Assembly: GCA_964522635.1 (NCBI GenBank)
Contig: CAZFWT010000001.1
Coordinates: 15,780-57,990, forward strand
Length of the DNA: 42,211 bases
Direction: 5' to 3'
DNA from: an uncultured Halobacteria archaeon
Lineage (GTDB): Archaea > Halobacteriota > Syntropharchaeia > Alkanophagales > Methanospirareceae
The first letter of the stretch is position 1. Every line of letters begins with the position of its first letter. Under the pieces are notes generated by a model that was not told the origin of the DNA, searched no databases, and saw only the letters and a program-made list of their open reading frames with translations. Both the position numbers and the translations under genes were made by a program. Positions 18,458 to 26,904 of the stretch are shown piece by piece.

Positions 18458-18540
18458 GCGGAGGTTGCCGAGAGGACAAAGGCGCAGCGTTGAGGTCGCT
18501 GTCCCGCAGGGGTCCGAGGGTTCAAATCCCTCCCTCCGCA
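18458..18540 (+). tRNA. tRNA-Leu (anticodon GAG), class II with a long variable arm
   Basis: Hand-folded cloverleaf. Acceptor GCGGAGG/CCTCCGC plus discriminator A. D stem GCC/GGC. Anticodon stem CAGCG/CGCTG with loop TTGAGGT. Variable arm TCCCGCAGGGGTC. T arm GAGGG-TTCAAAT-CCCTC. No encoded CCA. Confidence 0.9.
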
Positions 18541-18580
18541 TGCATCGTTGGCCCCTGTCCATGTTGTGGTGGGGCAAAGG

Positions 18581-18588
18581 TTTTAAAG
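18581..18588 (+). promoter_or_regulatory. TATA-box-like element upstream of ftsZ
   Basis: TTTTAAAG lies ~45 nt upstream of the first ATG at 18630. Confidence 0.35.
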
Positions 18589-18629
18589 AAGGAATGCTAA
18601 GAGATTGACTAAACGAGGGGCACGAAAAG

Positions 18630-19700
18630 ATGAGGCAAATGGGGGATGAAACGGTCTCCGCGGGCTCGGAAGTTAAGACGATGGAGTCCGGGGAGTTGGA
18701 AAAGATCCTGGAGCGAGCACGAACTATCATTAAGGTAATCGGATGCGGAGGGAGCGGGACGAATACGATCCAGCGCATGACAGAAGAGGGCATTTACGGT
18801 GCCGAACTCTTCGCCGTCAATACGGATGCTCAGGATTTACTCTACAAGAAAGTAGAACGGAAGTTATTGATCGGTAAGAAGACCACACGCGGTCTCGGAG
18901 CGGGTAGTATCCCGCGGATCGGTGAGGAAGCGGCACGGGAGAACGAGACAGACATACGGACGATAGTCGAGGATGCGGACATGGTCTTCGTCACCTGTGG
19001 GTTGGGCGGTGGCACGGGCACGGGCTCAGCACCGGTTGTGGCGCAAGCAGCGCAGGAAGCAGGCGCGTTGACCATTGGTGTGGTTACGCTCCCGTTCAGC
19101 GCCGAAGGCATGGTGCGTATTGAAAATACCAATTATGGTCTCGAGAAATTACGGGAGAATACCGATACCTTGATCGTCATCCCAAACGACAAACTCCTGG
19201 ATGTGGTGCCGCGCTTACCGTTAAACGAGGCCTTTAAGGTGGCTGATGAGGTGTTGATGCGGTCGGTAAAGGGTCTCACCGAGCTGATCACCAAGCCCGG
19301 GCTGATCAATCTGGACTTTGCCGATGTGCGCACGGTGATGAAGGACGGCGGCATGGCGATGATCGGATTCGGCGAGTCCGACGGTCAGAGCAAAGCCATC
19401 GAGTCGGTGCGGAAGGCCTTGAGCTCACCGCTGCTCGAGGTTGATGTGACCGATGCGAAGGCGGCGCTCGTCAACGTGATCGGTGGCGAGGACATGACCG
19501 TAGAGGAAGCGGAAGGCGCTCTCCAGGAAGTGTACCGGATGATGAACGACGAGGCCAGGATCATCTGGGGGGTACAGGTGAGTCCAGAGCTGAAGAACAT
19601 GATCCGGACGTTGCTCATCGTGACCGGCGTCAAATCAGATCAGATTTACGCAGGCAAGGATGTCAGGCGGGAGAAATTTGGTATTGATATCGTGCATTAA
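18630..19700 (+). CDS. ftsZ: Cell division GTPase FtsZ
   Basis: Motifs present: [25 protein letters not shown] (tubulin signature), [11 protein letters not shown]. Alternative ATGs are at 18639, 18651 and 18687. Confidence 0.9.
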   Translation: MRQMGDETVSAGSEVKTMESGELEKILERARTIIKVIGCGGSGTNTIQRMTEEGIYGAELFAVNTDAQDLLYKKVERKLLIGKKTTRGLGAGSIPRIGEEAARENETDIRTIVEDADMVFVTCGLGGGTGTGSAPVVAQAAQEAGALTIGVVTLPFSAEGMVRIENTNYGLEKLRENTDTLIVIPNDKLLDVVPRLPLNEAFKVADEVLMRSVKGLTELITKPGLINLDFADVRTVMKDGGMAMIGFGESDGQSKAIESVRKALSSPLLEVDVTDAKAALVNVIGGEDMTVEEAEGALQEVYRMMNDEARIIWGVQVSPELKNMIRTLLIVTGVKSDQIYAGKDVRREKFGIDIVH

Positions 19701-19719
19701 ACTAAATAAGTAACGACTG

Positions 19720-19938
19720 GTGCGCTCGGGAACGATGGAACTGAAATACGACGGTCTGAAGATCGGGGATTGGTCAAAGAAGCTGAAGGAGTATCTCCGA
19801 ATATTGAAATTGGCGAAGCGGCCGAAGCGTGACGAATTTTTCCATATCTCGAAGATCGCGGGTGCCGCAATGGCGCTGATCGGTGCCATCGGGTTCGCGA
19901 TTTATATCCTGCTGACCGTCCTGCCACAGGGGCTCTGA
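19720..19938 (+). CDS. secE: Protein translocase subunit SecE/Sec61gamma
   Basis: It reads LKEYLRILKLAKRPKRDEFFHISKIAGAAMALIGAIGFAIYIL and sits in the conserved position between ftsZ and spt5. The ATG at 19735 is an alternative start. Confidence 0.8.
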   Translation: MRSGTMELKYDGLKIGDWSKKLKEYLRILKLAKRPKRDEFFHISKIAGAAMALIGAIGFAIYILLTVLPQGL

Positions 19939-20415
19939 GTGATGGTTAAGATTGTCGCCGTGAAGACAACGGTGAATCAGGAGCAGGCAGTGGCATCGCT
20001 CATCGAGGGCGCGATCAAGGAGAAGCCGCTGGCAGAGCACGGTCTGAAGGCGATTCTTGTGCCGGATGAGCTCAGAGGTTACGTGCTGATCGAAGCCGAA
20101 TATCCTGAGATGGTCGAGCAGATCGTCCAGAGCATCCCGCACGCGCGGGGCCTGGTCAAGGGCGAGATGCGCCTCGAGGAGATCGAGCACTTCCTCACGC
20201 CAAAGCCTTCAGTCACCGGCATTGAGGAGGGTAACATCATCGAGATCATTTCCGGGCCGTTCAAGGGTGAGCGTGCACGTGTGAAGAAGGTGGACGAGGC
20301 GCATGAAGAGATCACGATCGAGCTCTTCGAAGCGATGGTCCCGATCCCCATTACCATTCGGGGCGACAGCGTGCGCGTGCTGAGCAGGGAGAAGCACGAG
20401 GGTGAGGAGGAGTAG
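19939..20415 (+). CDS. spt5: Transcription elongation factor Spt5 (archaeal NusG)
   Basis: It has an NGN domain (IVAVKTTVNQEQAVASLI..GYVLIEAE) and a KOW motif (GNIIEIISGPFKGERARVKKVD). It starts right after the secE stop (GTG 19939 / ATG 19942). Confidence 0.9.
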   Translation: MMVKIVAVKTTVNQEQAVASLIEGAIKEKPLAEHGLKAILVPDELRGYVLIEAEYPEMVEQIVQSIPHARGLVKGEMRLEEIEHFLTPKPSVTGIEEGNIIEIISGPFKGERARVKKVDEAHEEITIELFEAMVPIPITIRGDSVRVLSREKHEGEEE

Positions 20416-20418
20416 TAC

Positions 20419-20787
20419 GTGCCCGGTGAAGCCACCAGCGAATTGAGACCGGCGATCGTACAGGACTATGAGACGGGCGAGGTGCTCATGCTCGCTTACA
20501 TGAACGACGAGGCACTGCGGCTCACGAGAGCGACGGGTAAGGCGCACTACTGGAGCAGGAGCCGTGGCAAGCTCTGGAAGAAGGGTGAACGGTCAGGTCA
20601 TGAGCAGCGCGTGAAAGCGATCTTTATCGACTGCGATGAGGACACGATCTTGTTGAAGGTGGAGCAGATCGGAGGGGCGTGCCACATGGGCTACCGGTCG
20701 TGCTTCTACCGCACGATCGAGGGCGAGGTAGTGGGTGAGAAGGTCTTCGATCCCGAGGAAGCGTACAGGAAGAACCAGGGGGATTAA
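20419..20787 (+). CDS. hisI: Phosphoribosyl-AMP cyclohydrolase
   Basis: Motifs present: [64 protein letters not shown]. The GTG start is 3 nt after the spt5 stop. Confidence 0.9.
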   Translation: MPGEATSELRPAIVQDYETGEVLMLAYMNDEALRLTRATGKAHYWSRSRGKLWKKGERSGHEQRVKAIFIDCDEDTILLKVEQIGGACHMGYRSCFYRTIEGEVVGEKVFDPEEAYRKNQGD

Positions 20788-20819
20788 GGGCTGTAGCCGG
20801 TTTTTAGCCCTGAGCGCTT

Positions 20820-21848
20820 TCAAGCTCGTTCAAAAAACACCTCACCGCACAGCGGATCTTCACCCATGTAATCCCCCGTGGTGATATAAGCACGCACGCG
20901 ACAGCCGCCGCACAGGTCTCTGAACTTGCAGACGCCACACCGACCTTGTACCTCTCGACTTTGCAATCTCGTGAACACCTCAGACTCCAGAATCTCGCGC
21001 AGACGCTGCTCCCGCACGTTCCCGGCCTTTACGTCTAACAGCGGGCAGGGCACGACATCGCCGTTCGGCTTGATCGACAGCATACCGATACCCGCTCTAC
21101 AGCCAGGAACTTCGTGGAAATAAAAGTCAGGCACTGCTCGTCCAGCTTCAGCCATCCGTTTCAAGACCACCCAGTACTGGCAGGCCTGCGTCGTACAGAC
21201 CTCCAGATTAGTCCGGTTCGTCTGCTCCTCGTATAACTGCTGCACGTTCCGCGCGTACTCCGCAAGGTCGAGCTCCGCGTCGGGGATTTCAGCCGCGCCA
21301 CGACCCATGGCGATATAATGGAACAGCCGCGCCTGTCGCGCACCCAACTCCTCCGCGAGATCAAGAATCTGCGCGGTCTCACGCTCGTTCTGCTTCATGA
21401 TGCACGGATCGATCACCAGCCCCAGCCCGGCGGCTTTACACGCTCTTGCGCCCTTAACCGTGCGCTCGAAGACGCCCTTGCCCCGTATGGAATCGTGCGT
21501 CTGCTGCATGCCGTCGATCGCGATAATAACCTCCTCAATGCCCGTGTCCTTGAGGCGCTTCGCAACCGCTTCAGTGAGCGCGATGCCGTTCGAGGCAAGC
21601 ACGAGACTCACCCCGCGTTCCTTACCATACCTAATGATCTCGAACAAGTCTGAGCGCACCAGCGGCTCGCCACCGCCCAGCGTGACCCGTACGTTATCGC
21701 CAAAGGTCGCAGCGATATCGTCAATGAGTGCAAACGCCTCGTCAGTGCTGAGTTCGTCGGGCAGTGGGGATGCGGCGTCATAGTAGCAGTGCTTGCACCG
21801 CAGGTTGCAGGCGCGTGTGACGTTCCAGTTGATGTTGAATTTCGGCAT
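20820..21848 (-). CDS. Radical SAM / SPASM-domain enzyme of the AhbC/AhbD/NirJ type
   Basis: Motifs present: NWNVTRACNLRCKHCYY (CxxxCxxC), GGGEPL, and the Cys-rich C-terminus GCRAGIGMLSIKPNGDVVPCPLL...GRCGVCKFRDLCGGCRVRAYITTGDYMGEDPLC. The ATG at 21848 (MPKFNINW) is preferred over the GTG at 21872, which lies inside a tetranucleotide repeat. Confidence 0.75.
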   Translation of the reverse strand: MPKFNINWNVTRACNLRCKHCYYDAASPLPDELSTDEAFALIDDIAATFGDNVRVTLGGGEPLVRSDLFEIIRYGKERGVSLVLASNGIALTEAVAKRLKDTGIEEVIIAIDGMQQTHDSIRGKGVFERTVKGARACKAAGLGLVIDPCIMKQNERETAQILDLAEELGARQARLFHYIAMGRGAAEIPDAELDLAEYARNVQQLYEEQTNRTNLEVCTTQACQYWVVLKRMAEAGRAVPDFYFHEVPGCRAGIGMLSIKPNGDVVPCPLLDVKAGNVREQRLREILESEVFTRLQSREVQGRCGVCKFRDLCGGCRVRAYITTGDYMGEDPLCGEVFFERA

Positions 21849-21855
21849 CCTCGTG

Positions 21856-21879
21856 CTCACTCGCTCGCTCACTCACTCC
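21856..21879. repeat. Imperfect tetranucleotide repeat (CTCN)6 in the leader of the 21848 radical SAM gene
   Basis: The plus strand reads CTCA CTCG CTCG CTCA CTCA CTCC. The minus strand reads GGAG TGAG TGAG CGAG CGAG TGAG and ends 8 nt upstream of the ATG. Confidence 0.8.
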
Positions 21880-21965
21880 GAGATGTAGTAAGAAACGGCA
21901 AAGATAAATAGTCCCTCGCGTTTGCGATTGATGCGTTTTGGTGCTACTGACTGGATGGAGCTGCC

Positions 21966-21981
21966 CGTACGTACGTACGTA
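21966..21981. repeat. Palindromic tetranucleotide repeat (CGTA)4
   Basis: CGTACGTACGTACGTA lies in the 118-nt spacer between the trxB remnant and the radical SAM gene. Confidence 0.8.
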
Positions 21982-21990
21982 ATTGCGCAT

Positions 21991-22173
21991 TCATTCTTTG
22001 TGTAACCTGACAAGGTAGCGGTACGCACTCAACGCGGCTTTCGCGCCCTCACCAGCAGCCACAATGATCTGCTTCTCAGGTGCATTGGTTACGTCACCGG
22101 CGGCAAAGATGCCCGGGACGTTCGTCTTACACTCGCAGTCCACTTCTATCTCCTTACGCTCATTGAGCCGCAC
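21991..22173 (-). pseudogene. C-terminal remnant (~55 aa) of a thioredoxin-reductase-like flavoprotein
   Basis: It reads ..[44 protein letters not shown], which matches only the last FAD-binding motif (GxFAAGD) and C-terminal helix of TrxB/AhpF-type reductases. No upstream FAD/NAD(P)H domains are present. It opens with GTG 11 nt after the upstream gene's stop, in another frame. Confidence 0.55.
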
Positions 22174-22184
22174 GAGCTCCCTCG

Positions 22185-22826
22185 CTACACCCCCGCATTC
22201 ATAACGTGCTCCAGAAATTCTGCTTCAGACACCGCGCCTACAAATTCTACCGTCTCATTGATAATCACCTTGGGCACTACGAAGACCCGGTATTTCTGAC
22301 TCAACTGCGGGAACTCCGTCGCTTCCACCACGTCGGTCATAATAAGCTCGCTTTCTATCGCCATCTGCTGCGCCGTTTGCACTGCTTCGACACAGTACGG
22401 ACAGAGTGGGGTGACGAACACCTGGATATGAACCGGTTTGGCCAACGCTTTGAGTTGTTCGCGCGTCGAAGTCGCCAGCATCGAATCGCCCGAGGATGCC
22501 ATCCGCAGTGCTTCGAGAAGTGCCGCGAATTCATAGCCGCTTGGCAGGCCGTAGAATCGGATACCGTAGTCTATCTGCCCTTCTACTACCGTCGCCGGCA
22601 CCTTATCGATTCCATAATCGTCTCGTTTAGCCGTATCTACACCCACATCGTAGAGTTCGACACATACCTGATCAGAGGTTGTGGCAAGCTCCGTCATTAA
22701 TGTGCGAGTCTCTTCACCTGTCGGTGAACTGGAATCGTGCGTAAAAACGACCAGATTCACCGGCGCTGTCAACTCCCGTAACTTCTCACGCACCCGTTGC
22801 GTGACCTCTTCGGGTAATACCGACAT
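22185..22826 (-). CDS. Protein disulfide oxidoreductase (PDO / glutaredoxin-like, two thioredoxin folds) with a single CPYC site
   Basis: It is colinear with Pyrococcus-type PDO: ..[21 protein letters not shown].. (the first-fold CxxC is replaced by SPTG), [31 protein letters not shown], then [25 protein letters not shown] and [12 protein letters not shown]. Confidence 0.8.
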   Translation of the reverse strand: MSVLPEEVTQRVREKLRELTAPVNLVVFTHDSSSPTGEETRTLMTELATTSDQVCVELYDVGVDTAKRDDYGIDKVPATVVEGQIDYGIRFYGLPSGYEFAALLEALRMASSGDSMLATSTREQLKALAKPVHIQVFVTPLCPYCVEAVQTAQQMAIESELIMTDVVEATEFPQLSQKYRVFVVPKVIINETVEFVGAVSEAEFLEHVMNAGV

Positions 22827-22990
22827 CTTGGTAGGTACACCTCAGTGATTTCAATTGCGTTCGCCACGAGGATGAGTGCTATACTATAATCCGGGCAACC
22901 TTAAACCAGTTTCTCTCGCCCCTAGCTCAGGAGGGCGGTCAATCTTACCATTCTAGCTTACTGAACGGGTCCATTCAGGCAGAGGGATCT

Positions 22991-24076
22991 CTACGTGCCA
23001 GTAACCAACGGACAGATGGGATCCTCGCCCAGTACGTCACCGGTGAGCGCGTATGCGCGTGACCGACACCCGCCGCAGATGGCTTTATACCTGCAGCTCG
23101 CACATGCACCCTTCAGGGCACGTGCCCGCATCGCCTTGAACATCTCGGCATGCTCGATGATCTCCAAAAAGCTCCTCTCCTTTACGTTGCCCGCTGCGAC
23201 GGGAAGATACGCACAGGGCGTAACATCACCATTGGGGAAGATATGGAACCGCGTGATACCCGCGGTGCAGCCGGTGAAGTGCATACCATCTTCACGCTCC
23301 ACCAGCCCCCGATCCTTCAGGTACGCCCAGTACTGCGGGTTACAGATCGGTTTCAGCCAGGTCTTTGCATCTTTCTGGAGCGTGATCATGTCCTCGAAGA
23401 GCTGTCCGTTCTCCGCTGTGGTGAGGCACACGTCGGCAATCTGCTTGCCGCGGCCGACGGCGACCAGGTAAATGAGATAGATGCGCCACTGCTCCATCTC
23501 ATCCGCGAGTTTGATGATCTTCGGGAGCTCGTGGTAATTCGTCCGTGAAACGGTGGTGAAGAACTGCGTGGCCACCCCTTCCGCTTCACAGGCCTTCATG
23601 CCCCGAATCGTCGCTTTGAACGCGCCTTCCACGCCCCGGAATTCATCGTGAGTGCTCCCGATCGCATCGACGCTCATCGCCGCACGCTCCAGTCCAGCCT
23701 TGCGCAACTTCCGTGCTACGTCCCTCGTGATCAGCGTCCCGTTCGTCGCCATCACGACCTGCATATCAAATGATGACGCGTATTCTATGAGCTCGAATAT
23801 GTCCTCGCGCAGCAGCGGCTCGCCACCCGTGAACCCGAACTTGACCGGCCCGAGCTTCGCAGCGTCCTCGATGAGCGCGAACCCCTCCTCGGTGTTCAGC
23901 TCTTCAGGATCCACCTCGCTGATCGAGCAATGCTTGCACTTGAGATTGCACCGCTTCGTCACTGCCCAGATGATCTCGCCGGGCAAATAACTGAAACAGC
24001 CCGTGCCAACCGCGTCATTCGCGAAGATCTCGTTCTTATGGGCTTGTATCCACGACCTCAGCTCATCGTCTGACAT
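22991..24076 (-). CDS. Radical SAM / SPASM-domain enzyme of the AhbC/AhbD/NirJ type (second paralogue)
   Basis: Motifs present: IWAVTKRCNLKCKHCS, TGGEPLL, GCTAGITRFHIFPNGDVTPCAYL, GACASCRYKAICGGCRSRAYALTGDVLGEDPICP. The ATG at 24076 (MSDDELRSW) is preferred. The ORF stays open to GTG 24199, but that extension crosses a TATA-like box and a microsatellite. Confidence 0.75.
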   Translation of the reverse strand: MSDDELRSWIQAHKNEIFANDAVGTGCFSYLPGEIIWAVTKRCNLKCKHCSISEVDPEELNTEEGFALIEDAAKLGPVKFGFTGGEPLLREDIFELIEYASSFDMQVVMATNGTLITRDVARKLRKAGLERAAMSVDAIGSTHDEFRGVEGAFKATIRGMKACEAEGVATQFFTTVSRTNYHELPKIIKLADEMEQWRIYLIYLVAVGRGKQIADVCLTTAENGQLFEDMITLQKDAKTWLKPICNPQYWAYLKDRGLVEREDGMHFTGCTAGITRFHIFPNGDVTPCAYLPVAAGNVKERSFLEIIEHAEMFKAMRARALKGACASCRYKAICGGCRSRAYALTGDVLGEDPICPLVTGT

Positions 24077-24080
24077 GTAC

Positions 24081-24108
24081 ATCCATCCATCCATCCATCC
24101 ATTCATTC
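24081..24108. repeat. Tetranucleotide microsatellite (ATCC)5(ATTC)2 abutting the start of the 24076 radical SAM gene
   Basis: The plus strand reads ATCCATCCATCCATCCATCCATTCATTC. The minus strand reads GAATGAATGGATGGATGGATGGATGGAT-GTAC-ATG, which gives an ATG every 4 nt, i.e. in all three frames. Confidence 0.85.
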
Positions 24109-24201
24109 CTTTCGGCTCATGCAATAAAAAACCTGTTCGTATCTGTTCATATCCAGCCGTGAATATGCTGGCTCGCCTGAAGGACATATCAGAGAGCACC
24201 G

Positions 24202-25011
24202 TTACGGGAAAAGGATGTCCAGGGGCGGTTGCGTGAAAAAGCCGCGCAGCTCCGCCATGCGGTACAGCTCCGCGTGCGCCCGCACTACGGTCTCGGGCAT
24301 TTCATACGTGTACTCATTGACATACATCAAGGCGAACTTCTTCACGAGGGCCGCGTCCGCACCTCGTGCATACGTCATCGCGTGCTGCATTGCCTCCTCG
24401 ACGTGTTCTAGTGCGTATCGCACGCTCGCACGCATGGCTGCCAGAAACGCATGCTGGGTCTCTTCGGGTAGCTCTCGCTTGATGACGTTGATCCCAAGCG
24501 GCAGCGGCAGCCTCGTTCGCCCGTACCACCACTCCCACAGGTCAAGAACCTTCGCCAGCCCGTGCTGCGCATAGGTGATCTGCCCCTCATGGATCAGGAG
24601 GCCGGCATCGACGTCGCCCCGCGTTACTGCCGGTATGATCTTGTCAAATCGCATCTCCACCGGCTGGAACTCCGCGAGCGCTAACTTCAGCAGCAGGTTC
24701 GCGGTGGTATACCGTCCGGGCACGGCTATACGCTTCCCCTCGAGATCCCGCTCCGATCGTGCTACCACTACCGGGCCGTAGCCATCACCCACGCTCGCGC
24801 CCGTTGCTAAGATCCGGTACTTCTTGTGCAGAAAGGCGTAGGCGTGCGATGAGAGCGCGGTGACGTCCAGCTCACCCGCAAAAGCGCGTTTGTTCAGCGT
24901 TTCTATGTCCTCGACCAGCTGCTCTATCTCCAGGCTCGTCTGGATTTTGCCCTGGAAGAGTCCGTAAAACATGAATGCATCGTCTGCATCGGGCGTATGT
25001 GCAATGATCAT
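24202..25011 (-). CDS. mqnD: 1,4-dihydroxy-6-naphthoate synthase (futalosine pathway, MqnD)
   Basis: It shows the MqnA/MqnD (VitK2_biosynth) fold pattern with MqnD-like features: MIIAHTPDADDAFMFYGL, VEDIETLNKRA, LDVTALSSHAY..YRILATGASVGDGYGPVVVA. The ATG at 25011 is preferred to the TTG at 25086. Confidence 0.7.
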   Translation of the reverse strand: MIIAHTPDADDAFMFYGLFQGKIQTSLEIEQLVEDIETLNKRAFAGELDVTALSSHAYAFLHKKYRILATGASVGDGYGPVVVARSERDLEGKRIAVPGRYTTANLLLKLALAEFQPVEMRFDKIIPAVTRGDVDAGLLIHEGQITYAQHGLAKVLDLWEWWYGRTRLPLPLGINVIKRELPEETQHAFLAAMRASVRYALEHVEEAMQHAMTYARGADAALVKKFALMYVNEYTYEMPETVVRAHAELYRMAELRGFFTQPPLDILFP

Positions 25012-25082
25012 GAATGAGAAATGAGGGAGCGAGCTAAAGTAAGTTCTGAGAACGGACGAAGCACGCTGAGCTTGCTCAGCAT

Positions 25083-26162
25083 TCAAGCCACCAACTCGTA
25101 CAGCGTATTCCGCTGCGCTACGGGTCTGCCCACCGACGTCACCGCCCTTCTGATGTCCGCGACGGTCGCCGGTGTGTGCTCCTTCCCCGCTGCCGTGACC
25201 ACGTTCTCCTCCAGGATCGTGCCCCCAAAGTCGTTCGCACCGAAGAAGAGCGCAAGCTTGTCGACCTCAAAGTCCTGCGTGAGCCACGAAGCCTGGATGT
25301 TTCGAATGGGATGGAGCACAATTCGCGAGATCGCCAGGACCTGCAAATAGCGCGTTACTGACACCGGCCGCTTCACCCGCTCGTAAAGTGCCGTGTGCTT
25401 TGGCTGGAAGGTCCAGGGAATGAATGCCGTGAAGCCGCCCGTTCTCGTCTGCAGATCCCGTATCTTGAAGAGGTGCTCAATAATCTCATCGTCACGCTCT
25501 ATGTGACCAAACATCATAGTTGCGGTTGTGCGCATGCCGATGCGATGCGCGCTCTCCATCACCGTGAGCCAGTCGTACGCGCTGAGCTTCACCGGACTTA
25601 TCTCGTTACGTACACGGTCACAGAGGATCTCCGCGCCCCCGCCCGGGAGCGAATCGAGTCCCGCAACTCTCAGCTGTGCGAGCGTCTCCGTTATGCTCAG
25701 CCCTTCATGCTGCGCGATGAATGCGATCTCAGGCGGGGAGAGGCTGTGAAGTTGAACGCTCGGGAAGTGCCGTTTTATTTCACTGAACAACTCCTCGAAC
25801 CATTCGATGCCGAGTTCGGGGTTGAGGCCACCTTGAATCAGGATTTGTGTCCCGCCAGCGCTGACGGTCTCTGCGACCTTCCGCAGTATTTCAGCGGTGC
25901 TCAAGACGTAGCTCTCTTCGTCATGCTTGGCGTAAAAGGCGCAGAACTTACACCGCGCCACACAGCGATTGGTATAACTGATGTTCCGGTCAACCACGAA
26001 CGTAACGAGCTCGCCGCATCGCTCGTGCCTGATCCGGTCTGCTATGCCGCCCAGAACAGGCAAGGGTAGCTCGAAGAGCTGCTCAGCATCATCAAAGCTC
26101 AGATCCACACCTGCCAGGTTCCGTGCTCCATAACGCTCCCAGTCAGAGTAGCCCGTATTCAT
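25083..26162 (-). CDS. mqnC: Radical SAM futalosine-pathway enzyme, tentatively cyclic dehypoxanthine futalosine synthase (MqnC)
   Basis: CofH/MqnC/MqnE family: VVDRNISYTNRCVARCKFCAFY, GGTQILIQGGLNP, LPGGGAEIL, and NIQASWLTQ...FGANDFGGTILEENVV, which I recall as MqnC-like. The C-versus-E assignment is tentative. The ATG at 26162 (MNTGYSDW) overlaps the mqnA stop by 20 nt. Confidence 0.65.
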   Translation of the reverse strand: MNTGYSDWERYGARNLAGVDLSFDDAEQLFELPLPVLGGIADRIRHERCGELVTFVVDRNISYTNRCVARCKFCAFYAKHDEESYVLSTAEILRKVAETVSAGGTQILIQGGLNPELGIEWFEELFSEIKRHFPSVQLHSLSPPEIAFIAQHEGLSITETLAQLRVAGLDSLPGGGAEILCDRVRNEISPVKLSAYDWLTVMESAHRIGMRTTATMMFGHIERDDEIIEHLFKIRDLQTRTGGFTAFIPWTFQPKHTALYERVKRPVSVTRYLQVLAISRIVLHPIRNIQASWLTQDFEVDKLALFFGANDFGGTILEENVVTAAGKEHTPATVADIRRAVTSVGRPVAQRNTLYELVA

Positions 26163-26904
26163 GGCACTTCTCCTCGAAGCGAGCAAGCCCCCGGCGCTCT
26201 CGCTCGCCCATCTGATAGGTGAGCGCGTTGAAATAACACTCGAGGAACTCTTCGGGCAATCTGAACGCTTCCTGCACCGCCCCAATAATTACGTCCACGT
26301 GCTTCTTCCCCCACGCGACAGATTCCTGAAGGGTAGCGCTCACCCCAGCCATATCCAGCCCTTTCCGCGCTACCGCTATACCGAAGACCATGGGCAAGCC
26401 GGTTAAATCCTGCCACGCCTCTCCCAGATCCATTACCACCCGGTATCGCTGCCTCGCCCTGATCGCATCGTCACCAATGACGAGCGCATACGGACAGTGC
26501 TCCAGTAATGCCGAGGCAGCACCGTCATTCACGGGCACAATCTGGTGTCCGAGCCCTTGCTCCTGCAGAATGATCTCCAGCAGCTTGACTGAGGTGGTGG
26601 TCTGGTTCGTCACCGCGATCGAGCCGCCATTTTCGCGTAGCCGCGCGCCTTTCGAAACCAGAATGACGCTCCAAACACTCCGCGCAGCCGCGACACAGAA
26701 CTCATAGCTCTGCAGTGCGGCCTTGTTCCTGAGATAATAGAACGAAGGGACCGGGGTGAAATCGATCTCACCGCGTTCGAGCATACCAGCGAGCGTCTTC
26801 GGCATCGCTCGAATGACGTGGAACCCGTCCTGCTCGAGCCGGTAATAGGGTAAATAACTGTTCAGGAGGCTAAACTTGCCAATTCGCTCGTTCTCACTCG
26901 TCAT
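26143..26904 (-). CDS. mqnA: Chorismate dehydratase (futalosine pathway, MqnA)
   Basis: It reads RIGKFSLLNSYLPYY..MPKTLAGMLERGEIDFTPVPSFYYL..VWSVILVSK, a typical MqnA pattern. The ATG at 26904 (MTSENERIG) overlaps the upstream gene's stop by 11 nt. Confidence 0.7.
   Translation of the reverse strand: MTSENERIGKFSLLNSYLPYYRLEQDGFHVIRAMPKTLAGMLERGEIDFTPVPSFYYLRNKAALQSYEFCVAAARSVWSVILVSKGARLRENGGSIAVTNQTTTSVKLLEIILQEQGLGHQIVPVNDGAASALLEHCPYALVIGDDAIRARQRYRVVMDLGEAWQDLTGLPMVFGIAVARKGLDMAGVSATLQESVAWGKKHVDVIIGAVQEAFRLPEEFLECYFNALTYQMGERERRGLARFEEKCHEYGLL

Noticed and set aside
24077-24199. 41-codon N-terminal extension of the second radical SAM gene (GTG 24199), which would abut the mqnD stop
   Set aside because: The extension has no similarity to the family N-terminus. 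It crosses a TATA-like T-rich box and consists partly of the translated microsatellite (MNGWMDGWMYM). The ATG at 24076 is preferred.
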